Of a DNA stretch of 64,000 nucleotides, positions 16,421 through 24,311 are shown one piece after another. The notes below the pieces were generated by a model. It ran no database searches. It was not told the DNA's origin and saw only the letters and a list, made by a program, of their open reading frames with translations. How positions within the stretch are numbered: the stretch's first letter is position 1; each line of letters starts with the position of its first letter. Source of the DNA: a virus; IMG/VR virus record IMGVR_UViG_3300013125_000002; one strand, given 5' to 3'. A program made the translations under genes and the position numbers.

Positions 16421-16549
16421 GAGTGAGCAAGGGGGAGAGTTGGATGTTTTAGTGTCCTTCCATTAGACGACAGAACCCGTGGGTCCCGCTGGGACTCGAA
16501 CCCAGATCACTCGCTTAGCAGGCGATAACCCAACTCAATCGGCCCACTC
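16421..16549 (-). ncRNA. YrlA-like Y RNA 4 with circularly permuted tRNA domain and GCU anticodon hairpin
   Basis: GAGUGGGCCGA..GUUA-UCGC-CUGCUAA-GCGA, T arm, closed acceptor, D arm, ..CUUGCUCACUC. Confidence 0.85.
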
Positions 16550-16551
16550 GG

Positions 16552-16623
16552 TGGAGTCGGAGGGAGTCGAACCCTCACCTCAGCGTTGCGAACGCCGCGT
16601 GCTCCCGCTAGCACTACGACCCC
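16552..16623 (-). tRNA. tRNA-Ala(CGC)
   Basis: G3:U70; loop UUCGCAA. Confidence 0.88.
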
Positions 16624-16630
16624 AAAAGAT

Positions 16631-16770
16631 CGAAGCAGGCAAGGGGTTGACCTGAGCGTTGAGATTGGATTCGAACCAACGTCTCCGGGTTTATTGGACC
16701 CGGCGCTCTACCTCTAAGCTACTCCTGTAGGGTTTGGCACAGGATAACTCAGATCATTCGGCTTGCTTCG
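16631..16770 (-). ncRNA. Y RNA-like RNA 5 with non-permuted D/anticodon/T tRNA module
   Basis: CGAAGCAAGCCGAA..GUUAUC..UAGCUUAGAGGUAGAGC-CCGGGUCCAAUAAACCCGG-GUUGGUUCGAAUCCAAU..CUUGCCUGCUUCG. Confidence 0.8.
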
Positions 16771-16771
16771 G

Positions 16772-16844
16772 GGCGGGGGAGGGGAGTCGAACCCCCTAAT
16801 GCCAGGGCCACAACCTGGTGCTTAGCCGTTTAGCTTCCCTCGCC
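16772..16844 (-). tRNA. tRNA-His(GUG) with G-1
   Basis: CCAGG-UUGUGGC-CCUGG; C73. Confidence 0.88.
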
Positions 16845-16849
16845 ATGAG

Positions 16850-16920
16850 TCGCTGGAGACAGAGTCGAACTGTCGTTTACCGGTTATCGGCCGATCGTTC
16901 TTCCGTTGAACTACCCAGCG
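16850..16920 (-). tRNA. tRNA-Ile(GAU), C33
   Basis: AUCGG-CCGAUAA-CCGGU. Confidence 0.82.
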
Positions 16921-16928
16921 ATCTTTAG

Positions 16929-16999
16929 CTCCGAGACCGGGATTCGAACCCAGAAGTCGTGGTTAACAGCCACGCATGATTCCATTTCATCATCTCGGA
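16929..16999 (-). tRNA. tRNA-Asn(GUU)
   Basis: CGUGG-CUGUUAA-CCACG. Confidence 0.88.
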
Positions 17000-17014
17000 A
17001 TGATCCTACACTAG

Positions 17015-17088
17015 CGAGTCGGACAGGATTTGAACCTGTGTCAGGTGGGTTAACGGCCCACTGCTCAACCAGACTGAGCTACCGACCC
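17015..17088 (-). tRNA. tRNA-Asn(GUU), second copy, C33
   Basis: GUGGG-CCGUUAA-CCCAC. Confidence 0.85.
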
Positions 17089-17091
17089 ATG

Positions 17092-17190
17092 CGATGGGCA
17101 AAGAATGATGCTGGTGCCTCCATAGGCGATGCCCCATAGATTGGGGCATTCTGGAATCGAACCGGATAATCCAACACCAACGGCTCATCG
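17092..17190 (-). ncRNA. YrlA-like Y RNA 6 (T arm, closed acceptor, D arm)
   Basis: CGAUGAGCCGUUGGUGUUGGAUUAUCCGGUUCGAUUCCAG-AUGCCCC/GGGGCAU-GCCUAUGGAGGC-CCAGCAUCA..UUUGCCCAUCG. Confidence 0.82.
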
Positions 17191-17193
17191 TAG

Positions 17194-17267
17194 TCGGGGA
17201 GACAGGATTTGAACCTGCGGCATCTAGCTCCCAAAGCTAGCGTTCTACCAGGCTGAACTACTCCCCG
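17194..17267 (-). tRNA. tRNA-Pro(UGG)
   Basis: CUAGC-UUUGGGA-GCUAG. Confidence 0.92.
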
Positions 17268-17289
17268 ATTTGCCCAAGTGAGCTTTACG

Positions 17290-17506
17290 TCGTGCATCTA
17301 CTCTAATCAGTGGATCTCAAGATGCAGCATGGGGTGATGTCTGGAGCTAGCACGACTTGCCGCCAGATCATGAGTCCCACCTAAGTCCTGAGTCACTGGA
17401 TCGGCCTTGGGCATCCGATCTCGACTCCGTGGTTGCGGAGTCTTCACTGAGCATCAACAGCCGGCCTTACCCTACCCTACCGGAGGTGTACCGGATCAGT
17501 TGATGC
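17290..17506 (-). ncRNA. Unclassified ~215-nt structured RNA (serial hairpins)
   Basis: TGCATCT/AGATGCA, GATCGG/CCGATC, GACTCCG/CGGAGTC, GCATCAAC/GTTGATGC inverted repeats. Confidence 0.45.
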
Positions 17507-17508
17507 AG

Positions 17509-17582
17509 ATCCCCCAGTTGGATTCGAACCAACGACCTTCGGGTTCAAAGCCCGACGCTACCGCCAGCTGAGCTATGGGGGA
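17509..17582 (-). tRNA. tRNA-Gln(UUG)
   Basis: U1-A72; loop CUUUGAA. Confidence 0.88.
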
Positions 17583-17587
17583 AGAAG

Positions 17588-17660
17588 TGGAGCGAAGTGG
17601 AGTCGAACCACTGTATCGGCATTTTCAGTGCCGCGCCTTGTCCGCATCGGCCATCGCTCC
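17588..17660 (-). tRNA. tRNA-Phe(GAA)
   Basis: CGGCA-CUGAAAA-UGCCG. Confidence 0.88.
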
Positions 17661-17665
17661 ATGTG

Positions 17666-17736
17666 TGGACCCGGAGTGAATCGAACACTCACCCACCGGT
17701 TATGAGCCAGCTGCTCGACCTTCGAGCTACGGGTCC
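17666..17736 (-). tRNA. tRNA(CAU) Ile2/Met
   Basis: Loop CUCAUAA. Confidence 0.85.
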
Positions 17737-17751
17737 ATCGACCATGATCAA

Positions 17752-17771
17752 CTATTCAGTTGTCAAGATCA
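17752..17771 (-). promoter_or_regulatory. boxA-like antitermination element (GATCTTGACAACTGAATAG)
   Basis: Resembles rrn/tRNA-operon boxA, located early in a long untranslated operon. Confidence 0.5.
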
Positions 17772-17834
17772 GCGAAGCACTGAGAAACGGTCTCAGCTCC
17801 CATCAGCAGGCAGCCTACTGATGCTTCCTTCTAG

Positions 17835-17906
17835 TTCCGGGACAAGGGTTCGAACCTTGATTGGCGGAGTCAGAGTCCGCTGTCCTGCCAATTGAACGAC
17901 CCCGGA
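17835..17906 (-). tRNA. tRNA-Gln(CUG)
   Basis: GCGGA-CUCUGAC-UCCGC. Confidence 0.9.
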
Positions 17907-18065
17907 TCAATGAATCAAATACCTCCAACCTCGACGTTGACTTTTACTCCAACGTCTCTTCCACCACCAGCGTTTTCTTGGTCCCCTTCCATGCACCTGA
18001 CCACAGTTGGAACAGCCACCTCTGAGAATGAACCGCATCCAACTTCGGTCAGGATCAGCCATCAG

Positions 18066-18137
18066 TGGGCTCGGACGGATTCGAACCGTCACCTCATCGG
18101 GTAAGAGCCGAGAATGCAGCCGTAACACCTCGAGCCC
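18066..18137 (-). tRNA. tRNA-Lys(CUU)
   Basis: Loop CUCUUAC. Confidence 0.85.
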
Positions 18138-18173
18138 AGTACTTCCACGCCTGGATCAGTTCCTCAAGCATCG

Positions 18174-18249
18174 TGGTGCCTCCGGCAGGACTCGAACCTG
18201 CGTCTCGATGGGTAAAAGCCATGTGCGCTGGCCGCTGCGCCACGGAGGC
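18174..18249 (-). tRNA. tRNA-Lys(UUU), CCA encoded
   Basis: Loop CUUUUAC. Confidence 0.88.
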
Positions 18250-18302
18250 AATAGCTCTCGAACCAACCGGTGCATTTGAGCTTGTGCATGATCTTGCCTC
18301 CG

Positions 18303-18374
18303 TGGGTGGTCTAGGAGTCGAACCTAGATTTGCGGGGTTACGGCCCGGTGCTCTACCAGTTGAACTAACCACCC
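18303..18374 (-). tRNA. tRNA-Tyr(GUA), C33, short variable loop; first tRNA of operon
   Basis: CGGG-CCGUAAC-CCCG. Confidence 0.8.
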
Positions 18375-18375
18375 C

Positions 18376-18411
18376 AAATGCGAAAAGGCCGCCAGGTTTC
18401 CCAGGCGGCCT
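18376..18411 (-). terminator. Intrinsic terminator/attenuator ahead of the tRNA operon
   Basis: AGGCCGCCUGG-GAAA-CCUGGCGGCCU followed by UUUCGCAUUU. Confidence 0.8.
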
Positions 18412-18438
18412 CTCGAGTTCTACTCTGCTTCCTCTCGA

Positions 18439-18591
18439 TTAGCCGCCTGGCGCTCCATGCTCGAGAGGATTCGGGTACTGCTTGGTACCCAGATCCACCG
18501 AGCTGACGGGGCGCGCACTAAACGCACACGTCCCGCGCCAGCTCTGAATGGCTGCCCTGGACAATGTGCGTTTGGCGGCTTCGCGTCTCAT
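18439..18591 (-). CDS. Attenuator leader peptide, 50 aa, all 20 amino acids, 40 distinct codons
   Basis: MRREAAKRTLSRAAIQSWRGTCAFSARPVSSVDLGTKQYPNPLEHGAPGG*; last codons CCAGGCGGC complementary to terminator 5' arm. Confidence 0.72.
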   Translation of the reverse strand: MRREAAKRTLSRAAIQSWRGTCAFSARPVSSVDLGTKQYPNPLEHGAPGG

Positions 18592-18599
18592 GATTCTTC

Positions 18600-18629
18600 A
18601 CTTGTGAACCATGTGGTCGCGTTTGTCAA
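18600..18629 (-). promoter_or_regulatory. Sigma70-like promoter of the leader/tRNA operon
   Basis: TTGACA at 18624-18629, weak -10; ATG about 9 nt past -10 (near-leaderless). Confidence 0.55.
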
Positions 18630-18946
18630 TCCCCTTTTTTGAACTTTCCGTTTGACTTGATCTTCGTAGTCGGGAGCGTCTGGTACAGCCCCAGCCGTAG
18701 GTAGCTCCAGCCCCGGCTATCACACACCCGACGAACACTGGAATGGCCCGCGGTCGCGAACCCTGCACACGGACGGGCTCGAACGACGTGAGCGAGAACG
18801 TGTATGCCGGGTGGCGTAGCGCCTCGCGCTTGGTTGCAAACCGTGCGGCGTCGGCAACGTTCTGGGTACAGCGCGGCCCGATACCCGTCCACTCTCTGAA
18901 GTAGCCGCTCCGCGGACATTTGAGAACCCAGTTCCGCTTGGTCATC

Positions 18947-19345
18947 TTACGCCTCCCTTTCCAGATCAGTCGGCTCTACACGCTGAGGCAGGACCGGCGA
19001 GATGAACAGACCCAGCGCGTTGCGTCGGCCATGCTCGGTCTCGTTGGCCTTGCTACGCTTCTGGATCTGGAAGTCCACCGGCAGACCTGAATGCTGCGAG
19101 AGGTAGAGTGAGATCGACGAGCACATGACCGACCACAGGGCGTTGTGCTGCTGGTGGCAGTCGGGGAAGAGCCGGTCGTACTCCTCGTCATCAAGGATCG
19201 CACGCACGTCCACATCACGGTAGTCGCGGCGCTCGAGGCAGGACCCCACGAGGAACACGCCGCCATTGAACGCCTGCGCGATCACACAGCACGCCTGATT
19301 CAGATTGAAGAAGTGTGGGGCTGGCAGCCAGTTTGCGCGTTCCAT
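18947..19345 (-). CDS. Minimal nucleotidyltransferase (Pol-beta superfamily)
   Basis: VFLVGS...RDYRDVDVR...PVDFQ = GS-xn-DxD...D. Confidence 0.7.
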   Translation of the reverse strand: MERANWLPAPHFFNLNQACCVIAQAFNGGVFLVGSCLERRDYRDVDVRAILDDEEYDRLFPDCHQQHNALWSVMCSSISLYLSQHSGLPVDFQIQKRSKANETEHGRRNALGLFISPVLPQRVEPTDLEREA

Positions 19346-19347
19346 GC

Positions 19348-19980
19348 TTACCTCTTTTTGGATATGCGACTGCCTAGCGCAGGCAAAAGCCGCAGGTTAC
19401 CGGTGACGAGTCGCCGCTCCAAATCCTTGGCTTCGACGAGCTCGTCAAGACGTTTCTTGACCGCCTCAATCGCTTTGCGGATCTCAAGCACCGTGCGCCA
19501 GGCCGCGTGAGAGTAGGGAATCACCGTCCCGCTCTCCCCCCAGAACTTTTTCGTGGTGTGGACTGGAGTACCGTCGTGCATGGTTGGCGGTTCTTCTGGT
19601 TCTGGGTCGCCGGCCGTGGTCCGAAAGAAGTCACGCTCGATCTGCCCGCCCTTGGTGTCTGCTATCTCGTGGCGAGACGCCGTAAACTCGAGCTGACTGG
19701 TATCGTCCTGGCCGTGGTAAGTGGGCGATCCGGAGATCATGATGATCTGGCGCCAGACGATTTCGCGGAGCGTCTCGGCCAGAGTGCGAGTTTCTCGCTT
19801 GCACTGATCTAGCGTGTCCGCCTCGGCACGCTGACCCTTCACCTCGCCGAAGAACAGCTTCTTGTCGCGATCGAAGAAAATCCGGATGCGACCGTTAACG
19901 GAATCGTAGATCGAGTCCACTTCATACGGCTTGAGCTTACGTGGCATGGTCGTCATCCTCGGGCGCGAGGCCCAACTCAC
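19348..19980 (-). CDS. Hypothetical protein
   Basis: 210-aa ORF in gene train. Confidence 0.55.
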   Translation of the reverse strand: MSWASRPRMTTMPRKLKPYEVDSIYDSVNGRIRIFFDRDKKLFFGEVKGQRAEADTLDQCKRETRTLAETLREIVWRQIIMISGSPTYHGQDDTSQLEFTASRHEIADTKGGQIERDFFRTTAGDPEPEEPPTMHDGTPVHTTKKFWGESGTVIPYSHAAWRTVLEIRKAIEAVKKRLDELVEAKDLERRLVTGNLRLLPALGSRISKKR

Positions 19981-20475
19981 GCAGCTGCTCCTGCCAATTC
20001 AGGAGCATCTCCATTCGCGAGCAGTCGTTGTTTTGCCCGTAGCTGTACCACCGTCCAGGCGCATCGGCTGGTACGCGTAGAGCAGAGCCAGCCGGCTGTG
20101 CCGAGCGGCAAGCTCCGGTTGGCGACGTGAGTGTCCTTCGCCGTGAAGGGCTTGCCGTCGGCTCGGGTAGGCCCGCAGGCCAGGCGCATGTGTAGAGATA
20201 GGCAACCTGCTGAGCCCCACGCAATGCTGGACGTGCTTCAATTGCTCCAAGAGTAGGGACGTACATCCGCTGGCCAATGAATCTCAGACACTCAACCAAC
20301 TTCTCACTGTCGACGTAGTTGGGGGGCACCTTCCTCACTTCTGTCTTGCCTCTATGATCTTTGCCCTCACCTTTGTTCAGAATCCAGTACTCATAGCTTT
20401 CCCAGATCGCTTCTGGCGAACAGGGAAGAGGAAAACATCGACAACAAAGGCTGGTTGATGCTGGCACCCGAGCAC

Positions 20476-21291
20476 CTATCGCTTTCTGTCTTGAAGTGGC
20501 TGACCAGAAGCGATGAAGGCCTCCAGCTCTTCCTGGGTCATCCAGCCATCGATCTGAGTAGTCCGACCAGTGTTCACCCAGAAGTGAAGTGAACCATCCT
20601 TCCGACGGTTGGGAGAGCAACAGAGTGCTGTTGGGTAGTACCTACCGTTGGAGGTCTTTTTGATCGCCTCGTTGATCCGTTTGAGGAGGTCTTTGCCAAG
20701 ATCCTCATCAGCAAACTGCTGATCAACTTCTGCTTCGGTTTCCTTGGCGATCTTCTGTACCGCCAAGAACTTCCGGTAGGCTCGGTTATCGGGTGGTTCG
20801 GAAAAGGGGTTCCAATTGAAGAAAGTCGAAAGAGCATTGCCCCCAAAAACACCACCACAGTGGGCTGCCCCCAACACCTCAAGAAGCTTCTCCTCAGGGG
20901 CACCCACAGCACTGCTAGCCGCCTTCGTCATCGAGGCAACAGGATCGTTTGGGTCCCATTCCAGGACGACATGGGTGATGAGTTTAGCAAGCTTCGCACA
21001 TTCCTTCTTCTGATCTTGCCCTGGGTGGTAATACCCATCAAAGTAGCAAGAACCCGTTCCAAGAACGAGATCACCAACACCAGGGAGGTTGCACCCACCC
21101 TCGCTCTTGTAGATGCTGCACTCATGCGTGTGGAACGCACCAGTGAGATGGTAGGTCCCAACTTGTGAGATCACAGTTTGGAACAATCTCGAGACATGAA
21201 AAAGAAGCTTTGGGACTGGTTCGAATCCATAAGCCCCAGGACGACCATCCTCGTCTAGCTTCTTGGGCTTGGCTTCGTTGGTGAACGTCAT
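20476..21291 (-). CDS. Hypothetical protein
   Basis: 271 aa; AAGGGGAAG RBS. Confidence 0.6.
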   Translation of the reverse strand: MTFTNEAKPKKLDEDGRPGAYGFEPVPKLLFHVSRLFQTVISQVGTYHLTGAFHTHECSIYKSEGGCNLPGVGDLVLGTGSCYFDGYYHPGQDQKKECAKLAKLITHVVLEWDPNDPVASMTKAASSAVGAPEEKLLEVLGAAHCGGVFGGNALSTFFNWNPFSEPPDNRAYRKFLAVQKIAKETEAEVDQQFADEDLGKDLLKRINEAIKKTSNGRYYPTALCCSPNRRKDGSLHFWVNTGRTTQIDGWMTQEELEAFIASGQPLQDRKR

Positions 21292-22415
21292 TAGTCTTCC
21301 CCTTCCTTCTTGTCCGTGTAGAGATGAGCCAGACGCTCACCCTCGGTTGGTCCCTTCCAGAATGCCTCAATCCACATCCGCTTGCGAAGCGTCCTTCCTG
21401 GTCCATAGGCCTGGTCCCGCCAGTGCCCACGCACCACGAAACGCTTCTTGATTGTCCAGGCTGACTCGTCCAAATACTGAGACCGAGCCGCTTGAACTAG
21501 CTCCTTGGAAAGTTTGATCTCCTTGCCGAGGAGCCAAACTATAGGCTTCCTCTCGAAGGTAGTTTCGGTCTTGGAAGCTCGCCGCTTGGCCTTCTTGGTC
21601 GTGTACTGAACTTGCCTCTCTCCCTTGCCTCGCTCTGCAACATAGAGACAGAGATTGATGATGAGCTTCCAGCAACGATTCATGTTCTCGATCTCCTCTG
21701 CCGAAAGTGCAAAGGAGTCTGGGCCTCCGATCTCATTCTGGTTAGAGCGGCTGATGTTCTCGAGCCACTCACCAAGAGTCATCGAAGAGTCTTCATCCGG
21801 CAGGCGTACCTGAGAGAACGAGATCGAACCACGCTTCCCGAGCATCAGAAGCATGGCTGATGGTTCCTTGAAGAGAGTAGAGCCCCTTGTCACAACCGCC
21901 ATGGTGACAGGATCGGGTTGGCTATCATAGGGGCTGATCATGGCCAACAAGGCGACGGACAGCGCTGCCAGCTGCAGCAACCGCTTCCGCAGCTCTACTT
22001 TGGCGTGCGGGTTGTCACGCTGCACCTCATCTAGCTTCACCACGCGCTTTCGGAGCATGCGACGCCACTCCTCGATTCCCCACGTCCCGTTAGCCTCCCC
22101 CCACAAGAACGTCTGGATCTCCCTCGCGGCACAAATCGCATCCCTGATCTTCGCGTCCTCTACATCGACCAGCCCCGCCTCCAACTCCGCGACCCGCTTC
22201 TCAGCCACACGGAGGTTCAACACCAGCTCTTCGCAGCGTACTTTGTAGGTCTGATCCGGAAAGTGATGCTCACCTAAGTAGGCAAGCTTCTCCAGCTCAG
22301 CGATCTGCTGCTTGAGCTGAGCTGTATCCTCTTCCTTTGTGAGCGCATCTCGACAGCCACGAACATAGCAGTCACATGCACCGCCACAGTCCTCGTGGTC
22401 ACACCTCTTGTCCAT
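21291..22415 (-). CDS. Mosaic hypothetical phage protein
   Basis: Coiled coil, MazG-like helical segment (ELRKRLLQLAAL), C-terminal VRGHWR..YGP motif. Confidence 0.55.
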   Translation of the reverse strand: MDKRCDHEDCGGACDCYVRGCRDALTKEEDTAQLKQQIAELEKLAYLGEHHFPDQTYKVRCEELVLNLRVAEKRVAELEAGLVDVEDAKIRDAICAAREIQTFLWGEANGTWGIEEWRRMLRKRVVKLDEVQRDNPHAKVELRKRLLQLAALSVALLAMISPYDSQPDPVTMAVVTRGSTLFKEPSAMLLMLGKRGSISFSQVRLPDEDSSMTLGEWLENISRSNQNEIGGPDSFALSAEEIENMNRCWKLIINLCLYVAERGKGERQVQYTTKKAKRRASKTETTFERKPIVWLLGKEIKLSKELVQAARSQYLDESAWTIKKRFVVRGHWRDQAYGPGRTLRKRMWIEAFWKGPTEGERLAHLYTDKKEGED

Positions 22416-22419
22416 GGCC

Positions 22420-22902
22420 CTACTCCTTGCCGATGATCTTCTTCACCAGGTCCACCGGAACTACCACACTTGACAACCTGCCATCAACAAAAACACCACC
22501 TGCCTTGGGGTCCGTGTAGAGCTTCTTCAGCTCCTCGACTGCAGACACATGCTGGTTGAAGAGATCCGACAGTCCCTTGAAGGCCTTGTGCCACATCTCA
22601 TGGAGCATGTGATCTCCATGGATGTCCTTCACACCCTCTGGGACAGTCGGCTCAGGCTGCCACCAGTTCTCACCCTCCTCCTGGTGGTATGCTTGATCCT
22701 CTGGGTGGGGCGCAGGATAGATCACGAAAGCTGGTGCTCCAATGGAACACCCATCCAGCATCGAGAGCACACTGAAAATAGCCCCAGCCACCTTGTCCTC
22801 AGCTGTTACAGCGCGTGCCTCTCTGATCCAGTACTTGGCGATCACCACCAAGTGCTCGAGGAACATCTCCCGCATCTCTTCCTGCGTGTACTGTCGGCTC
22901 AT
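22420..22902 (-). CDS. Hypothetical phage protein
   Basis: 160 aa with RBS. Confidence 0.6.
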   Translation of the reverse strand: MSRQYTQEEMREMFLEHLVVIAKYWIREARAVTAEDKVAGAIFSVLSMLDGCSIGAPAFVIYPAPHPEDQAYHQEEGENWWQPEPTVPEGVKDIHGDHMLHEMWHKAFKGLSDLFNQHVSAVEELKKLYTDPKAGGVFVDGRLSSVVVPVDLVKKIIGKE

Positions 22903-23332
22903 CTCAGTCTCCGCTAGGCTTCTTCTGGGTCATGGAGGCGATGAAACTACGAATCTGAGCACCGCCCTTGGAGTCACTTCTGGCTGCTTCCTTCTCGAGC
23001 GTGTCCAGAAACATCGACATCACTCTTCGCTTGTTGTCCTCTCTATGCCTCTCCACGTTCTGGATCAGATTTTCAACCTGCTCTGCACGCTCCCGCTTCA
23101 CATCACCTGGTGTCCGCGTCGAGGTCAACTTGAGACCCTGCAGTCGCTCGTAGTCAACCCGAAGCTCCCGGAGCTTCTCAACCCCCCAGCTCCTGGTTCA
23201 TATCGTTCCAGCGCATCTCAAGAAGGAGCTTCAGGCTCTCGAAGCCATTGTTCCCGGCAAGAAGTGCCAGCCGAACATACTGCTCCGAGAGCCCAAACTT
23301 CTCGAAGAGCGGGATGATCTCAGAGAGCTTCA

Positions 23333-23704
23333 TCAGATGATCCCCAGGTAGTCTTCCAGAAGGTCATGAAGAATAGCTGCTGCCTCACGGGGCAGAACTA
23401 GCACTTGAAGCTCACCTCCCCGAGTAGAAAAGGTCAGCATCACGGACCCCATCTGGGGCAGGTTCTCTGGCAGCTCGACAAGGCTGACGAGCCGCTCACT
23501 GAACTTCGGATTCCCAGCTGCATCAAGCTTCTCAGCAACCTGGAACTTGACTGCCTTGGAGAAGAGAATCTGACCCTCGACCTGCTGCATCTTTGCATCA
23601 GAGTCATCTTTGTGCTCGATGACTGCCTTCTGCTCTTCGATCTTGTTTTCCATGTCGTCCACCCTTTTTGTGATCCCCCTTTGGAACCCCCACCAAGCAT
23701 TCAA
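23333..23704 (-). CDS. Hypothetical protein
   Basis: Likely internal ATG start with AGGGTGG RBS. Confidence 0.5.
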   Translation of the reverse strand: MNAWWGFQRGITKRVDDMENKIEEQKAVIEHKDDSDAKMQQVEGQILFSKAVKFQVAEKLDAAGNPKFSERLVSLVELPENLPQMGSVMLTFSTRGGELQVLVLPREAAAILHDLLEDYLGII

Positions 23705-24311
23705 CTCGATGGGGGCTGATCCTACATTTTATTTATCCCACCTATCCGCACCTCGTCCCACCATCCCGCCCGTCCCCAGTTCCAACCCTAACACCAGCCT
23801 CCTATCTCCTATACGTCCTTCCAGCCCCGCAATTGATCCTATGCCCCTTCATTCGGGCATCCCTTCTCGTCAGGCCCAACCCCCAACAGACCGCTACTGA
23901 TCCACCTTAGCAACGAACAGGCTAACCCACGCACAAGCCAACAAACTAACGCACGGCCAGACGTTCATCCGCCCCTACTCCCCAGTCTGCCCTCCGCGCC
24001 TCCCCACCTGCTGCCAACCAGACCCGGGGAGACCGTGCTCAACATGCTAGTTTGCCGCGTGTTCCCTCGAAAGCACTCTTTGCCGGTCGATGGCCACGCA
24101 AGCGGGGATCTAGCGGATCAGCGAACACCAGGATGGGGCCGGTCAGGTCAGCCTCGAAATGCAGAACCGGGGCGAGCAAGGGCCACTGCTCCAGGTCGCG
24201 ATCCGACGCCGCCGCCCTCACCATCATTTTCTGCTGGTCCCGGGAGGCGCCGGGCACCTCCTCAAAGCCGCGTACCGTGGACAGCTGGATGGTGCGTCCG
24301 GGGCCCGCCGG

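Noticed and set aside
12577-18442. Most ORF-track entries over the tRNA array
   Set aside because: Shadow ORFs across tRNA and Y RNA genes.
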